Positions 1 through 12,759 of a stretch of 64,000 bases of DNA are shown here, piece by piece. The notes below the pieces were generated by a model that did not search any database, was not told the origin of the DNA, and saw only the letters and a list, made by a program, of their open reading frames with translations. Each line of letters starts with the position of its first letter. Position 1 is the stretch's first letter. Both the position numbers and the translations under genes were made by a program. Source of the DNA: Cyanophora paradoxa CCMP329. Taxonomy: Eukaryota > Plantae > Glaucophyta. Where the stretch lies: assembly GCA_004431415.1 (NCBI GenBank), contig QPMI01000188.1, forward strand, positions 62,001 through 126,000, read 5' to 3'.

Positions 1-735
1 CGGGCGCGCCGGCGGCGAGGGCGCGGAAGACGAGGAGCGGGGGGAGCGCTCCCGTCGCCTCCACGGCGTCCAGGGAGCGCGCGAGGTGCCCCGGGGGAGG
101 AGCAGCGACTCTGCTGCTGCTGCTGCTGCTGCGGCGGCGGCGGCCGCCTCGAGGAACGAGAGGAGCTCGGCGCCGTGCTCGGGGCCGAAGGGGGGCAGGA
201 ACGGCTCCGGGTCCGCCCGCTGCCGCCGCGACGGTGCCAGCGGGAGGGCCCGGCTCGAGACGGGGCGGGAGGAGGAGGAGCCGGGGGGCGGCCGGCGGCC
301 GGGGGGGGGGGGGGGGGGGGGGGGGGCGAGGAGGCGGCCGAGGGGCGGCCGAGGGCGCTGGCGGGGGCGGGGGCGGCGGGGCGGTGGCGAGGTTGCTGCG
401 GGAGGGCGTCAGACGCGGGGGGGCGGGGCGGGCCGGGACGAGGCGGGGCCCGCCGCGTATGCGCACCCCGAGACGAGGTCGACCAGGAGGCCGGTCGCCT
501 CTGCCGGCAGCTGCCGCAGGAGCTCCCGCCCGAACCTGCCCCACCGTCGGCCGGCGCGGCGCGGAGCGGAGCGGCGCGGGGCTGAAGAGGCGCACTGGAG
601 GGCGTGGGCGAGGGCTGCGTCGAAGGGGAGGCGCCGGAGGTGGGCGGGGGCGGCGGCCGCGTCACGCAGCTCCTCGAGCTGGGCCCGCAGGTAGGCGGCG
701 TGCAGGCCGTGGCGGCGGGCCGTGGCGCCGGGCGG
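1..735 (-). pseudogene. VPS11: Degenerate/partial VPS11 fragment (internally deleted relative to the copies at 5.5-17 kb)
   Basis: Minus-strand translation ARRHGLHAAYLRAQLEELRDAAAAPAHLRRLPFDAALAHALQ..FGRELLRQLPAEATGLLVDLVSG, near-identical to the tandem copies; unrelated sequence joins at ~740. Confidence 0.75.
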
Positions 736-751
736 CGTGCAGAGCACGCCG

Positions 752-1498
752 CTATGACGACGTGGCCCTCGTATTCGGGCCCCGAAGCGCTGCGCCGGTG
801 GGTTCAGGGTCCGGGCGGGCGGTCGACGGGCCCGGGGGGGAGGGCGCGCGCGCGGGCCTAGGCCTGGACCCCGGAGCAAGTCGAGCGGCGCCTGCATCGG
901 CGACGCGACGAGGCCGTCCGAAGAAAGATGAGCTCGAGCCCGGCGGCTGCAGCGCCTGCCCTCCGGTACCTGCGCCTGTCGACGTCAGCCGCCCGGGGTG
1001 CCGGCGGGGCGGGGCGGGGCGGGGCGGGGCGCGCTTCACGAGGTCAGCGAGGAGGAAGACGAGGAGGCCGGCGCCGGCCCCGGGGTCCGGCGCCCGCTCC
1101 GCCCGCGCCGGCCCCCGGGCCAGGTCGAAGTGCGCGGAAACGTCGCCGCATGCGCAGGCGCGCAGCAGGTTCCGCACGGCCGCCGCCGTCGCCCGCCAGC
1201 CCCGCGCCCACGCCTCCGGGGCCCCGGGCGTCGACGAGGCCGCGGAGGGATCGGATCGAGCAGCTGCGGGGCGAGCTCGAGTGAGGGGCGGGTGGAACTG
1301 CTGGGGCCGAGCGGCGCCGGGCGCACCTAGGCTGTACGAGCTGCCCCTGGACGTCGACGCTGCGGCGCTCCGAGCGCCACCTCCGGCACCTCTCGAGCTC
1401 ACCTCTGACACCTGGCGAGTAAGGGGTAGGCACACCGACCGCCAAGCCTGGCCGAGCGAACACAGCAGCGACCGTCGGACGTCGAACGAATCCAGCAC
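752..1498 (-). CDS. Hypothetical spliced gene or fragment
   Basis: Coding-like segments (WRATAAAVRNLLRACACGDVSAHFDLARG, LLVFLLADLVK) separated by intron-like GC-rich stretches; no recognised domain. Confidence 0.3.
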   Translation of the reverse strand: MLDSFDVRRSLLCSLGQAWRSVCLPLTRQVSEVSSRGAGGGARSAAASTSRGSSYSLGAPGAARPQQFHPPLTRARPAAARSDPSAASSTPGAPEAWARGWRATAAAVRNLLRACACGDVSAHFDLARGPARAERAPDPGAGAGLLVFLLADLVKRAPPRPAPPRRHPGRLTSTGAGTGGQALQPPGSSSSFFGRPRRVADAGAARLAPGSRPRPARAPSPPGPSTARPDPEPTGAALRGPNTRATSS

Positions 1499-2579
1499 GC
1501 CGGCATTAGCTTAGCTTAGAGAGCCAACCAGCTGCCGCTCCGAATGACGCGGCTGGTTTTAGCTGGCATCGGGCTTCGGGAAGATTCATGCGGGCCTTCC
1601 GGCTGGCGTCGCATGCTTCATTCCCGCGGCATGGCCATGCAATGCGCGAAGCTGCTCGAACTGCGGGCCGGTGGCTTCGATGGGCGGGCGCGGAGAGGAC
1701 CGGCATCCATGCAGCGACGCCGAAGCATTGCCCGGCAGCCACACAAGGAGTGAAGTCGTCTCCAGCGTGCACCGCTGCCTCTTTGCCCCGAACAGCAAGA
1801 CTCTGCGAGCGTCTAGCCCAGCGGCTGCCACTCGATCTCCCGTGTCGCTGCGGCAAGTCGGCGAGAGGGCCTTGGCCGTTGCAATTGGCCTCGGCCCTCC
1901 GCGAGATAGGGGTACGCTAGCAATTCAGCCCAGCAATTCAGCCCAGCCTTCAGTTCAAGCAGCGTCGCACGCGTTCGACACGCAGACGCCAAAACGGTAC
2001 GCTCCCCGCGTATCTATGCCAATAGCAACCCATAGCGCTCGGAGCCGGGTCTCCGCTAGTACTGCGGGCTTGCGTCCAGCGGCCGACCGCGGCCGCGCCG
2101 CGAGGGAGAGCGGGGCCGTGCGCGTGGGAGTCTAAAGTGCTCAATGGCATCTAATCTGCGCGCATACGGAGGGAGGGACGGGCCATGCGTTCTGCTCCTC
2201 CCGTCCTAGGCTTGCGTCGGCATCGCCCGCGACCAGCGGGCTTCCGCCTGGCCAGCGGGCCTCCGCCGGGAACTGCCTGTTTGCTATACGAATAGATGCG
2301 CACCTTTCCCATTCGGTCGAAACGGTCTAGACCCTTCACTCGCTCGAGCTCCCGGAGCACACAGCTCACCGTGCGTGTGCGCAGAACGCACGGGCCAGGA
2401 TCTGAATCCGGACTGCCACTTTGGTTTGTCTTTGCGTCGACGTACGTCCGCTAGTACTGCGGGCCTTCGGCAGGCAAGGTAGCCTCCACATCCATGTCTC
2501 CCCGGCCCAACAGACTCCTTCTGATCTCCGCCTCTGTGCGCAGCAGGCCAGACTCTCTCTTCCGGCCACGAGCGTGGAG

Positions 2580-5358
2580 ATGCGCGGTACCGAGGTCCTT
2601 CGTTCTTTTCTTTTCGCTTCTTTTCTCTCCCGCGTTTCCGAGCTCGTCCCTGCAGGCACCCGCGGCAATTGGAGGAGAGGCAGATGAGCTGGGAACGTTG
2701 GATGAGGCGTTCGCCGTCGCGGCTAGCAGATGCGCCGAAGTCTTCAGGTCGGCCGTCCGCCGCGCCGAGGCTGCTGAGGTCAGCTCGAGAATATCGATCT
2801 TTTGATCTTCGGACGCTCTCTGAACTCCCGTTTCCGCCGCCCGTCTTCAGGTCGAGAACAAGACGCTGAAGCGCAAGGTCGCCGAGCAGGAGGACGAGTT
2901 GAACGAGTTGCGGGTGCGGGACCAGCTCCCACCCTCCTGCCCTCCCGCCACGGCTCATTCCAGGCCGCGGCAGGAGCTCAAGCGGCGTCTGATAGCCCTC
3001 GAGGACCCGCACCCGGCGGCGGCGGCTAGCTCGCAGGACGCGCTCTTACAGCCTCGCCCCTTCCAGGCATCACCCGTTCCGGTAACGCGCTCGTTCATTC
3101 TGTCCTTGTGCAGACGACTGACTGGTCTCCCTGCATGCAGGAGAACGCTGGCGCGCCCCGCGTGGCGGCGACGGCGGAGGCGCGTGCGGCTCCCCTCGGC
3201 GACATCACGAACCAGCCGCCAGGCGGTCGCCGGCGGGACCACGAGAAGCGGACCGCGACCGTGGCCGTGCGCCGCTGTTCCCGTCGCCGACGCCGCCCCC
3301 TCGTCCCGACCTTCTCTCCCGCAGGCGGCGCAGGCGGCACCGCCTCCGCCAGTGGCCCCGCAGGCGGCGCGGGTAGCACCGCCTCCGCTAGCGGCCTCGG
3401 AGCCGGCGGGGATGCTCGATGCGCTGCCGGATGCCATCCTCGGCGACGCGCTCAGGGCGCTCGGGCTGTCGGAGTGCTGGCCGATGCGCCGCGTATGCAG
3501 GTCCGCCTCGCGATTGCCCTAATTCTGATTCCGTCTAAGCGAGCGCCGGCTCGCAGGCGTTGGAAGAGGGTGGTCGAGGAGACGGACTGGTCAAGCGTCG
3601 CGCTGTATCTGAAGGGCGTGGAGGGGTGCGATGCCGCGCTGGAGCGCTTCGAGGAGCGAAAGCTGCGGCTCAGCAGCGGCGCCAGCGTGTCTCTGCAGCT
3701 GGAGTTCGACAATATCTGGGAGATGCACAAGAAGATGGACGACAGCATAGTGGAGGAGCGCGTCTGGGCGGCGTCAGCAGCGGCCCGCCGGCTTCTCGAC
3801 GTCATTGCGCACAAGCACACCGGACCAGCGGGGCCGCGGGAGGTGGCAGTCGAGCTCGTCTGCACGCAGTGGTTCGCCCTCGAGCTGAAGCACCTTGGCG
3901 ACAACTTCCTGCCCGCCTACGTGATTGGCGTGCTGGAGGCGCTGCGCCCGGCAGACGGGTCAGCTCCAGCTGCCGCCAGCGCTCTGGAGAGCCTTGCCAT
4001 CGGCCTCGCCACTGGAGGCGACGCCGGTTTTCAGAAATTCCACCACAACGACGACAAAGGGCTCCCGTGGCCCTCAGCCGTGGATCTCAGAGCCGCCCTC
4101 GCGCCCTTCGGCAAGCTGCGCAGCCTCACCCTCGGCTTCAACTCTGCCGACGCTGGCGCCAGCCCGGAAGCTGCAGCCTCCATCGCCGCAGCCTGCCCCC
4201 GCTTGCGCTCCCTCGGGTTCGCCCCGCAAAAAGAATCGGTCGACCGTGTGCTGGCGGCCCTGGCGCCCCTGGCGCATCTGGAGGATCTCGGGGTGATGCG
4301 TTCAGTGTTCAGCGAAGCGGGGCTGGCTGCTCTCGCCGACGGCGCCGCGGGCAAAAGCCTCCGTGAGATTCCGTTCTCGGCCTCGACATCACTGTGCAAG
4401 TGCGTGTCCCCTCCCCCCCTCCCCCCCCCCGGGCTTCCCCGTTCCGTCTTTGTCGCTGATGAATGCCCCGTGTGCAGACGACGGGAGCAGCCGCGCGCGC
4501 TGCAATGGTCACAAACCGGTTGTGCTACCTGCAGCTTCCGAGGCCCCGTCCTTCTCGCGCTCAGCCGCATGCCGAAGCTCGAATCCGTCGGACCGCTGAT
4601 GGTCAGCCCCCGGAGCATTATTATTTGCTTCGTCGCACCCGCGCTGAGCCCCTCGCAGATGTCAAGTACGCTCGGACCCGACGAAGTGCGAGAGCTGGGC
4701 CGCATCGCAAGTCTGCGCAAGCTGTCCCTTCGCTTTCACGGCTATGGTATTGAGGCAGACAGCGGGAACCCTGCTATCCTGCGCGCTCTGGGAGATGCCC
4801 TCTCGAGCCTCCCATGCTTGGAGGAGGTGGACCTAGGATTGCAAAGTGAGCACCGCACCTCTGCCCTGCGGGCTCTCAGTCTCTCATCTGGGGCCGGGAC
4901 CAGATCATGTCGGATTCCCGGACGACGTGGTTGCTTTCCTCGGGGGCGCCGGCGTGCGGCGCGCCCTGACAGACTTCATTCTGGTGCACGAGGACGACCG
5001 GCCCCTCGCGGAGGCCGAAGCCGAGGCGATCGTGGCGCTGCCGGCCCTCCGGCGCCTCCACGTCAACTACGCCGCCCGATTCCCCGATCGACCCGGCCCG
5101 TTCGAGGCCCGCCCGTTCGAGGTGCACATGCCCTTAGCTTGCCCCTATCGAAAGATCTGACCCCGCCCGTGTCGCGATTCTGACCACTCCCTTGCCGCGG
5201 CCGCGCAGGTCCTCCGTGGCCTCCGCCCCGAGGTCGAAGTGCGGGTCAACGTGAAACATTCGTTTGACCGGGAAGAAGCGAAGGGGGTAGAGAGGGCCAA
5301 GGCCGCCATCAACGCGAGCTTCGCCGGGCGCTACCCCGCGGTCGTAGCGCAGTCCTGA
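2580..5358 (+). CDS. Multi-exon F-box / LRR-like protein with N-terminal coiled coil
   Basis: F-box-like LDALPDAILGDALRALGLSECWPMRRVC|RRWKRVV at ~3412-3590; LRR-like repeats (LRSLTL, CPRLRSL, LRKLSL, LPCLEEVDL, LPALRRLHV); last exon ends with TGA at 5356-5358; start codon uncertain. Confidence 0.7.
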
Positions 5359-5559
5359 ATAATGCCCGCACCGCACAAATGCATGTGATCATGAGTACAC
5401 GTGAGCGACTCGAGGCTACCGTAGCTTGCGAATCGCACAGGCTTGTGGGGGCCGGCTAGCCGGAGGGGGCGGGGAGGGGCCCGGAGGGGCGGGGATGAGG
5501 CGGAAGCCGTCCCGAGTCCTCTCGCGGGGCCGCCCGCCCCAGCGCCCCCACTGGGCCAG

Positions 5560-7790
5560 CAGCGCCCGCCCTCGGCCGCGCCGGCGGCGAGGGCGCCGCC
5601 TCCAGGCGCCCCCGCACCGCCTCCAGCTGCCGCCAGGCCGGCAGGCAGAGGGGGCACTCGCCCCCGCTCGGGGCCCGCTCGAGGCAGCGCCCGTGGTACG
5701 CGTGCCCGCAGCCGAAGTGCGCGGCCGGCAGGTCCAGCGGCGCCGCGCACGCCGCGCACTTCGACGACTGGCGGGGGGTACTGCGTCAGGGCTGGGGGGG
5801 GGGAAGAGAGGGGTAGGCGCGCCTGGTAGATCTCGGCGGAGGAGCGGAGGCGGTCGACGCCGGCGCGGGCGCGGGCGGTGCGCTGCCGGAGGGCCTCGGC
5901 GGCCGCCCCCTCCGCCTCCGCCACCTCTCGGCCCCAGGCGAGGGTCTTGGAGAGGTACCCCCGCACGTCCCCGAGGGTGAGGCCGCCCTCGCCGCCCTCG
6001 GCCGCGCCGGCGGCGAGGGCGCGGAAGACGAGGAGCGGGGAGAGCGCGCCCGTCGCCTCCACGGCGTCCAGGGCGCGCGCGAGGTGCCCCGGGAAGCGCC
6101 GCGCGTTGCGCGCGAAGAAGCGCAGCGCGGCGCCCCAGGCGTGGGGGTCCGGGGCGGGGGCCCCGGGGCGGGGCGGCGCAGGCGGCGAGGACGGCGTCGG
6201 CGTCGGCGGCCTCGACAAGACGTGGAGCCGCAGCAGCTCGCGGCGCTGGCCCAGGCGGCCCAGCAGCGCCACCAGGCCCGGCCGGAAGCCGAAGGCGTGG
6301 CAGAGCAGCAGCCCGTGGTGCGGGTCGAGGCCCGAGGCCGGCGCCTCCTCCGCCATGCGCGCCGCCCGCGCCCGCGCCCCTCCGAGCCCTCCTGCAGCAG
6401 GCACTCGAAGAGCGCGTTCGCCACGCGCGCGGGGGGCGGCCCCGCGGGGGCGGCGGCGGCGGCCTCGAGGAACGAGAGGAGCTCGGCGCCGTGCTCGGGG
6501 CCGAAGAGGGGCAGGAACGGCTCCGGGTCCGCCCGCTGCCGCCGCGACGGCGCCGGCGGGGTCGCCAGCGCCGGCGGGAGGGCCCGGCTCGAGACGGGGC
6601 GGGAGGAGGAAGAGCCGGAGGGGCGGCCGGCGGCCGGGGCGGGGAGGGGCGAGGAGGCGCCCGAGGGGCCGCCGAGGGCGCTGGCGGGGCCGGGGGCGGC
6701 GGGGCGGCGGCGAAGTTGCTGCGGGCGGCGTCAGGCGCGCGGGAGCGGGGCGGGCCGGGACGGCACAGAGCCCGCCGCGCACCCCGAGACGAGGTCGACC
6801 AGGAGGCCCGTCGCCTCCGCCGGCAGCTGCCGCAGGAGCTCCCGCCCGAACCTGCGCCGCCGTCGGCCGGCGCGGCGCGGCGCGCGGCGTGGCGCGGAGC
6901 GCGGCGCGACGAGGCGTGGCTGAAGAGGCGCACTGGAGGGCGTGGGCGAGGGCGGCGTCGAAGGGGAGGCGCCGGAGGTGGGCGAGGGCGGCGGCCGCGT
7001 CGCGCAGCTCCTCGAGCTGGATCCGCAGGTAGGCGGCGTGCAGGCCGTGCCGCCGGGCCAGGTAGAGCGCGTGGCTGTGCAGGCCGGCCGCCGAGCACGC
7101 CGCGATTGCCGCGCGCACGTCGAACGAGTGCCGCGCGGCGCCCTTCTCCTTCTCCTTTTCCGCCTGCGCCGCCGGTGAGGCGCGGGCGTGAAGCGGGGAC
7201 AGAGAGGCACGCCGGGCGGACCTCGAGGTCGGACCTGCGGCCGGACTTGCGGCCCGGGCGCTCCGGCGAGCCACTGCGGCGCGGCGCGAGCCGCCTCCGC
7301 GAGCGCTGCGAAGGCGGCGGCTGCTGCTGCTCGCCCTCCGCCGCGGAAGGCGCCTCGCCCGCCTCCGGCGCCTCCTCCACCCCCGCCTCGTCGCCCTCGC
7401 TGCCGCTGCGGGCGTCGGCGGCGGCGGCGGCCTCGGCGGCCTCCTGGTCGGCGTCGGCGCCCTTGCGGCCGATGAAGCGCGCCAGCCGCTCCGTGTCACG
7501 CAGCGGCGCGCGCGCGCGCTCCCGGGCCTCAGCGGACGACGGGCGGGAGCGAGGAGCGTTCTGTTACCTTCACGTAGCACTGGAGGAGCAGCGTGGTGTG
7601 CTCGCCTGATGCTCCTTTGCACAGGTGAAGCGTCTCCAGGAACTTGGTGAGGTTCTCGATTTGCCGCGGCGCGCGCCCACACGGGTGACGTTAGATGGGA
7701 GGGGGCGGGCCCGGCTGCGGCGCGCGCCTTGCCGCGCCGCCGTAGATCAGGCGGCGGATGACGCGGGACGACTCGCCGTGCGGGATCGGC
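5560..7790 (-). pseudogene. VPS11: VPS11 (HOPS/CORVET core subunit) C-terminal half: CHCR-like region + RING finger; N-terminal half absent
   Basis: Spliced peptides SSRVIRRL..IENLTKFLETLHLCKGASGEHTTLLLQCYVK..FDVRAAIAACSAAGLHSHALYLA..AEIYQ|SSKCAACAAPLDLPAAHFGCGHAYHGRC match the VPS11 consensus. Confidence 0.85.
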
Positions 7791-8350
7791 GGGCCAGCGG
7801 GGCCCGCCCCGCCAAATGCAGATGGAGATCATGATACAGGCGCAGCTTAGCGCCAGCGCAGCATGTGCGCAAGCATTTAATGCGCATCGAAGCGCATGCA
7901 AAATGCACCGGCCCGCAAACGGCAAGAAGTCGACGCGCTAAAAGCTTAAATTTCGATCACTCGGTTCGCGTTCAGCCGCGTTCGCGAAGCCTGCGTCGTT
8001 TTCTGGGCCGGGGATGCCAACGGTGGCGATTGCGCCCTACCCCGGTGCCACTTTTGCCCCGGCGAATGCGCTCTACCCCGGTTGCAAAAAAACGCGGTGA
8101 AGGGAGACCAGCTGGCATGAGTGAAGGGCATGGCTGCACCGTGCTTACTGCGCAGTGAAACGCATCACACTCGGCGCCAGACCTTCGCCGTCCGGTACGT
8201 GCAGCCCTGACCGGTGCGCTCCGCCCGCCCGCGGCGCTTGGCATGCGCGTGCGATGGAGCTCATCGTTCGAGCAGGCTAGCCGCGACCTCGCGGATCGCG
8301 GCATCGCCGCGCTCTCAGATCTTCTCCTCTTCTCCACCAGCTAATCAGCC

Positions 8351-8791
8351 ATGGCTTCCCAGGTGCGTCGCCAGGGCCTCGCAGCGTCCGCATACATGCG
8401 TGAACGAATCGCCGCAGGATCGGGGCATTCGTGACGACTCCATCAAGGTGCGCGACAAGGTGCGCGGCGATCTTCTTCAAGTCGACGAGCTCGAGATGTT
8501 TTCCGCACGCGTTTTCTCGTCCGAGACGGACGCGAAGATCGGAGGTGAGTGCTGACGCCGACCCCTCCACCACTTTCGTTGACGATCTCGTTCGCAGCCT
8601 CGGCTGAGAGTTTGGCCAAAGACTTTTCCCAGGCCACGAAGAGCTTCGACCAAATCTGCAAAGACGTCGGCCTGGGCGCGAAGGCGCTTGGATTCGGCTT
8701 TGGAGTCGGCTCCTTCCTCGTCGGGGCCGGTGTGTTTATTCTAAGCGTCCGCCGCGGCCGTGTCCCACCGAGCGTCTCCGGCTTCGGGTGA
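8351..8791 (+). CDS. Small 3-exon gene, 110 aa, C-terminal Gly-rich hydrophobic helix (tail-anchored membrane protein-like), copy 1
   Basis: Exons 8351-8362, 8418-8544, 8598-8791 joined by GT-AG introns give MASQDRGIRDD...GLGAKALGFGFGVGSFLVGAGVFILSVRRGRVPPSVSGFG*. Confidence 0.7.
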
Positions 8792-9159
8792 GCTTATCGT
8801 CTGGTGCCGTGGTAGTGCCCTGTTGCTGAGCTCTTTCGCAGCAATGTTTCATCGCGTGTGTGACGCGCATGCTCTAGATCTTTAATGGCGCACGTGCACG
8901 CAGCAAATTAGAGAGTTCACAGAGTCTCTCAGAGTATGTAGACAAGCGAATTAGAGAGTTGACAGCATGTGCTTGTTGCTTCTCTGGGTTTTGTGCGAAT
9001 CCGCCAGCTGCAGTGTGCATGTGCATGTGACGCCGTGGCACGGTCCGTGCTTCTGGATCGTTCCGAAGTTCGGGCTAGGCGGAGGGGGCGGGGAGGGGCC
9101 CGGCGCGGGCGTGGGCGAGGAATTCGGGGATGAGGCGGAAGCCGTCCTCCCGCGGGGCC

Positions 9160-11385
9160 GCCCGCCCCAGCTCCGCGAGCAGCTCGCGGTGCCGCTCGGA
9201 GGAGGGCGCCGCCTCCAGGCGCCCCCGCACCGCCTCCAGCTGCCGCCAGGCCGGCAGGCAGAGGGGGCACTCGCCCCCGCTCGGGGCCCGCTCGAGGCAG
9301 CGCCCGTGGTACGCGTGCCCGCAGCCGAAGTGCGCGGCCGGCAGGTCCAGCGGCGCCGCGCACGCCGCGCACTTCGACGACTGGCGGGGGGTACTGCGTC
9401 AGGGCTGGGGGGGGGGAAGAGAGGGGGGTAGGCGCGCCTGGTAGATCTCGGCGGAGGAGCGGAGGCGGTCGATGTCGGTGCGGGCGCGGGCGGTGCGCTG
9501 CCGGAGGGCCTCGGCGACCTCGCGGCCCCAGGCGAGGGTCTTGGAGAGGTACCCCCGCACGTCCCCGAGGGTGAGGCCGCCCTCGCCGCCCTCGGCCGCG
9601 CCGGCGGCGAGGGCGCGGAAGACGAGGAGCGGGGAGAGCGCGCCCGTCGCCTCCACGGCGTCCAGGGCGCGCGCGAGGTGCCCCGGGAAGCGCCGCGCGT
9701 TGCGCGCGAAGAAGCGCAGCGCGGCGCCCCAGGCGTGGGGGTCCGGGCGGGGGCCCCGGGGGCGGGGCGGCGCAGGCGGCGAGGACGGCGTCGGCGTCGG
9801 CGGCCTCGACAAGACGTGGAGCCGCAGCAGCTCGCGGCGCTGGCCCAGGCGGCCCAGCAGCGCCACCAGGCCCGGCCGGAAGCCGAAGGCGTGGCAGAGC
9901 AGCAGCCCGTGGTGCGGGTCGAGGCCCGAGGCCGGCGCCTCCTCCGCCATGCGCGCCGCCCGTGCCCGCGCCCCCTCCGAGCCCTCCTGCAGCAGGCACT
10001 CGAAGAGCGCGTTCGCCACGCGCGCGGGGGGCGGCCCGCGGGGGCGGCGGCGGCGGCCTCGAGGAACGAGAGGAGCTCGGCGCCGTGCTCGGGCCGAAGA
10101 GGGGCAGGAACGGCTCCGGGTCCGCCCGCTGCCGCCGCGACGGCGCCGGCGGGGTCGCCAGCGCCGGCGGGAGGGCCCGGCTCGAGACGGGGCGGGAGGA
10201 GGAAGAGCCGGAGGGGCGGCCGGCGGCCGGGGCGGGGAGGGGCGAGGAGGCGCCCGAGGGGCCGCCGAGGGCGCTGGCGGGGGCCGGGGGCGGCGGGCGG
10301 CGGCGAAGTTGCTGCGGGCGGCGTCAGGCGCGCGGGAGCGGGGCGGGCCGGGACGGCACAGAGCCCGCCGCGCACCCCGAGACGAGGTCGACCAGGAGGC
10401 CCGTCGCCTCCGCCGGCAGCTGCCGCAGGAGCTCCCGCCCGAACCTGCGCCGCCGTCGGCCGGCGCGGCGCGGCGCGCGGCGTGGCGCGGAGCGCGGCGC
10501 GACGAGGCGTGGCTGAAGAGGCGCACTGGAGGGCGTGGGCGAGGGCGGCGTCGAAGGGGAGGCGCCGGAGGTGGGCGAGGGCGGCGGCCGCGTCGCGCAG
10601 CTCCTCGAGCTGGATCCGCAGGTAGGCGGCGTGCAGGCCGTGCCGCCGGGCCAGGTAGAGCGCGTGGCTGTGCAGGCCGGCCGCCGAGCACGCCGCGATT
10701 GCCGCGCGCACGTCGAACGAGTGCCGCGCGGCGCCCTTCTCCTTCTCCTTTTCCGCCTGCGCCGCCGGTGAGGCGCGGGCGTGAAGCGGGGACAGAGAGG
10801 CACGCCGGGCGGACCTCGAGGTCGGACCTGCGGCCGGACTTGCGGCCCGGGCGCTCCGGCGAGCCACTGCGGCGCGGCGCGAGCCGCCTCCGCGAGCGCT
10901 GCGAAGGCGGCGGCTGCTGCTGCTCGCCCTCCGCCGCGGAAGGCGCCTCGCCCGCCTCCGGCGCCTCCTCCACCCCCGCCTCGTCGCCCTCGCTGCCGCT
11001 GCGGGCGTCGGCGGCGGCGGCGGCCTCGGCGGCCTCCTGGTCGGCGTCGGCGCCCTTGCGGCCGATGAAGCGCGCCAGCCGCTCCGTGTCACGCAGCGGC
11101 GCGCGCGCGCGCTCCCGGGCCTCAGCGGACGACGGGCGGGAGCGAGGAGCGTTCTGTTACCTTCACGTAGCACTGGAGGAGCAGCGTGGTGTGCTCGCCT
11201 GATGCTCCTTTGCACAGGTGAAGCGTCTCCAGGAACTTGGTGAGGTTCTCGATTTGCCGCGGCGCGCGCCCACACGGGTGACGTTAGATGGGAGGGGGCG
11301 GGCCCGGCTGCGGCGCGCGCCTTGCCGCGCCGCCGTAGATCAGGCGGCGGATGACGCGGGACGACTCGCCGTGCGGGATCGGCGG
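9160..11385 (-). pseudogene. VPS11: VPS11 C-terminal half, tandem copy 2
   Basis: Near-identical to 5560-7790. Confidence 0.85.
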
Positions 11386-11947
11386 GCCAGCGGGGCCCGC
11401 CCCCGCCCAAATGCAGATGGAGATCATGATACAGGCGCAGCTTAGCGCCAGCGCAGCATGTGCGCAAGCATTTAATGCGCATCGAAGCGCATGCAAAATG
11501 CACCGGCCCCGCAAACGGCAAGAAGTCGACGCGCTAAAAGCTTAAATTTCGATCACTCGGTTCGCGTTCAGCCGCGTTCGCGAAGCCTGCGTCGTTTTCT
11601 GGGCCGGGGATGCCAACGGTGGCGATTGCGCCCTACCCCGGTGCCACTTTTGCCCCGGCGAATGCGCTCTACCCCCGGTTGCAAAAAAACGCGGTGAAGG
11701 GAGACCAGCTGGCATGAGTGAAGGGCATGGCTGCACCGTGCTTACTGCGCAGTGAAACGCATCACACTCGGCGCCAGACCTTCGCCGTCCGGTACGTGCA
11801 GCCCTGACCGGTGCGCTCCGCCCGCCCGCGGCGCTTGGCATGCGCGTGCGATGGAGCTCATCGTTCGAGCAGGCTAGCCGCGACCTCGCGGATCGCGGCA
11901 TCGCCGCGCTCTCAGATCTTCTCCTCTTCTCCACCAGCTAATCAGCC

Positions 11948-12387
11948 ATGGCTTCCCAGGTGCGTCGCCAGGGCCTCGCAGCGTCCGCATACATGCGTGA
12001 ACGAATCGCCGCAGGATCGGGGCATTCGTGACGACTCCATCAAGGTGCGCGACAAGGTGCGCGGCGATCTTCTTCAAGTCGACGAGCTCGAGATGTTTTC
12101 CGCACGCGTTTTCTCGTCCGAGACGGACGCGAAGATCGGAGGTGAGTGCTGACGCCGACCCCTCCACCACTTTCGTTGACGATCTCGTTCGCAGCCTCGG
12201 CTGAGAGTTTGGCCAAAGACTTTTCCCAGGCCACGAAGAGCTTCGACCAAATCTGCAAAGACGTCGGCCTGGGCGCGAAGGCGCTTGGATTCGGCTTTGG
12301 AGTCGGCTCCTTCCTCGTCGGGCCGGTGTGTTTATTCTAAGCGTCCGCCGCGGCCGTGTCCCACCGAGCGTCTCCGGCTTCGGGTGA
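11948..12387 (+). CDS. Small tail-anchored-like gene, copy 2 (1-nt G deletion near 12320)
   Basis: Copy of 8351-8791 with one G fewer in a G run, shifting the last exon; may be an assembly error. Confidence 0.6.
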
Positions 12388-12759
12388 GCTTATCGTCTGG
12401 TGCCGTGGTAGTGCCCTGTTGCTGAGCTCTTTCGCAGCAATGTTTCATCGCGTGTGTGACGCGCATGCTCTAGATCTTTAATGGCGCACGTGCACGCAGC
12501 AAATTAGAGAGTTCACAGAGTCTCTCAGAGTATGTAGACAAGCGAATTAGAGAGTTGACAGCATGTGCTTGTTGCTTCTCTGGGTTTTGTGCGAATCCGT
12601 CAGCTGCAGTGTGCATGTACATGTGGCGCCGTGGCACCGCCAATGCTTCTGGATCGTTCCGAAGTTCGGGCTAGGCGGAGGGGGCGGGGAGGGGCCCGGC
12701 GCGGGCGTGGGCGAGGAATTCGGGGATGAGGCGGAAGCCGTCCTCCCGCGGGGCCGCCC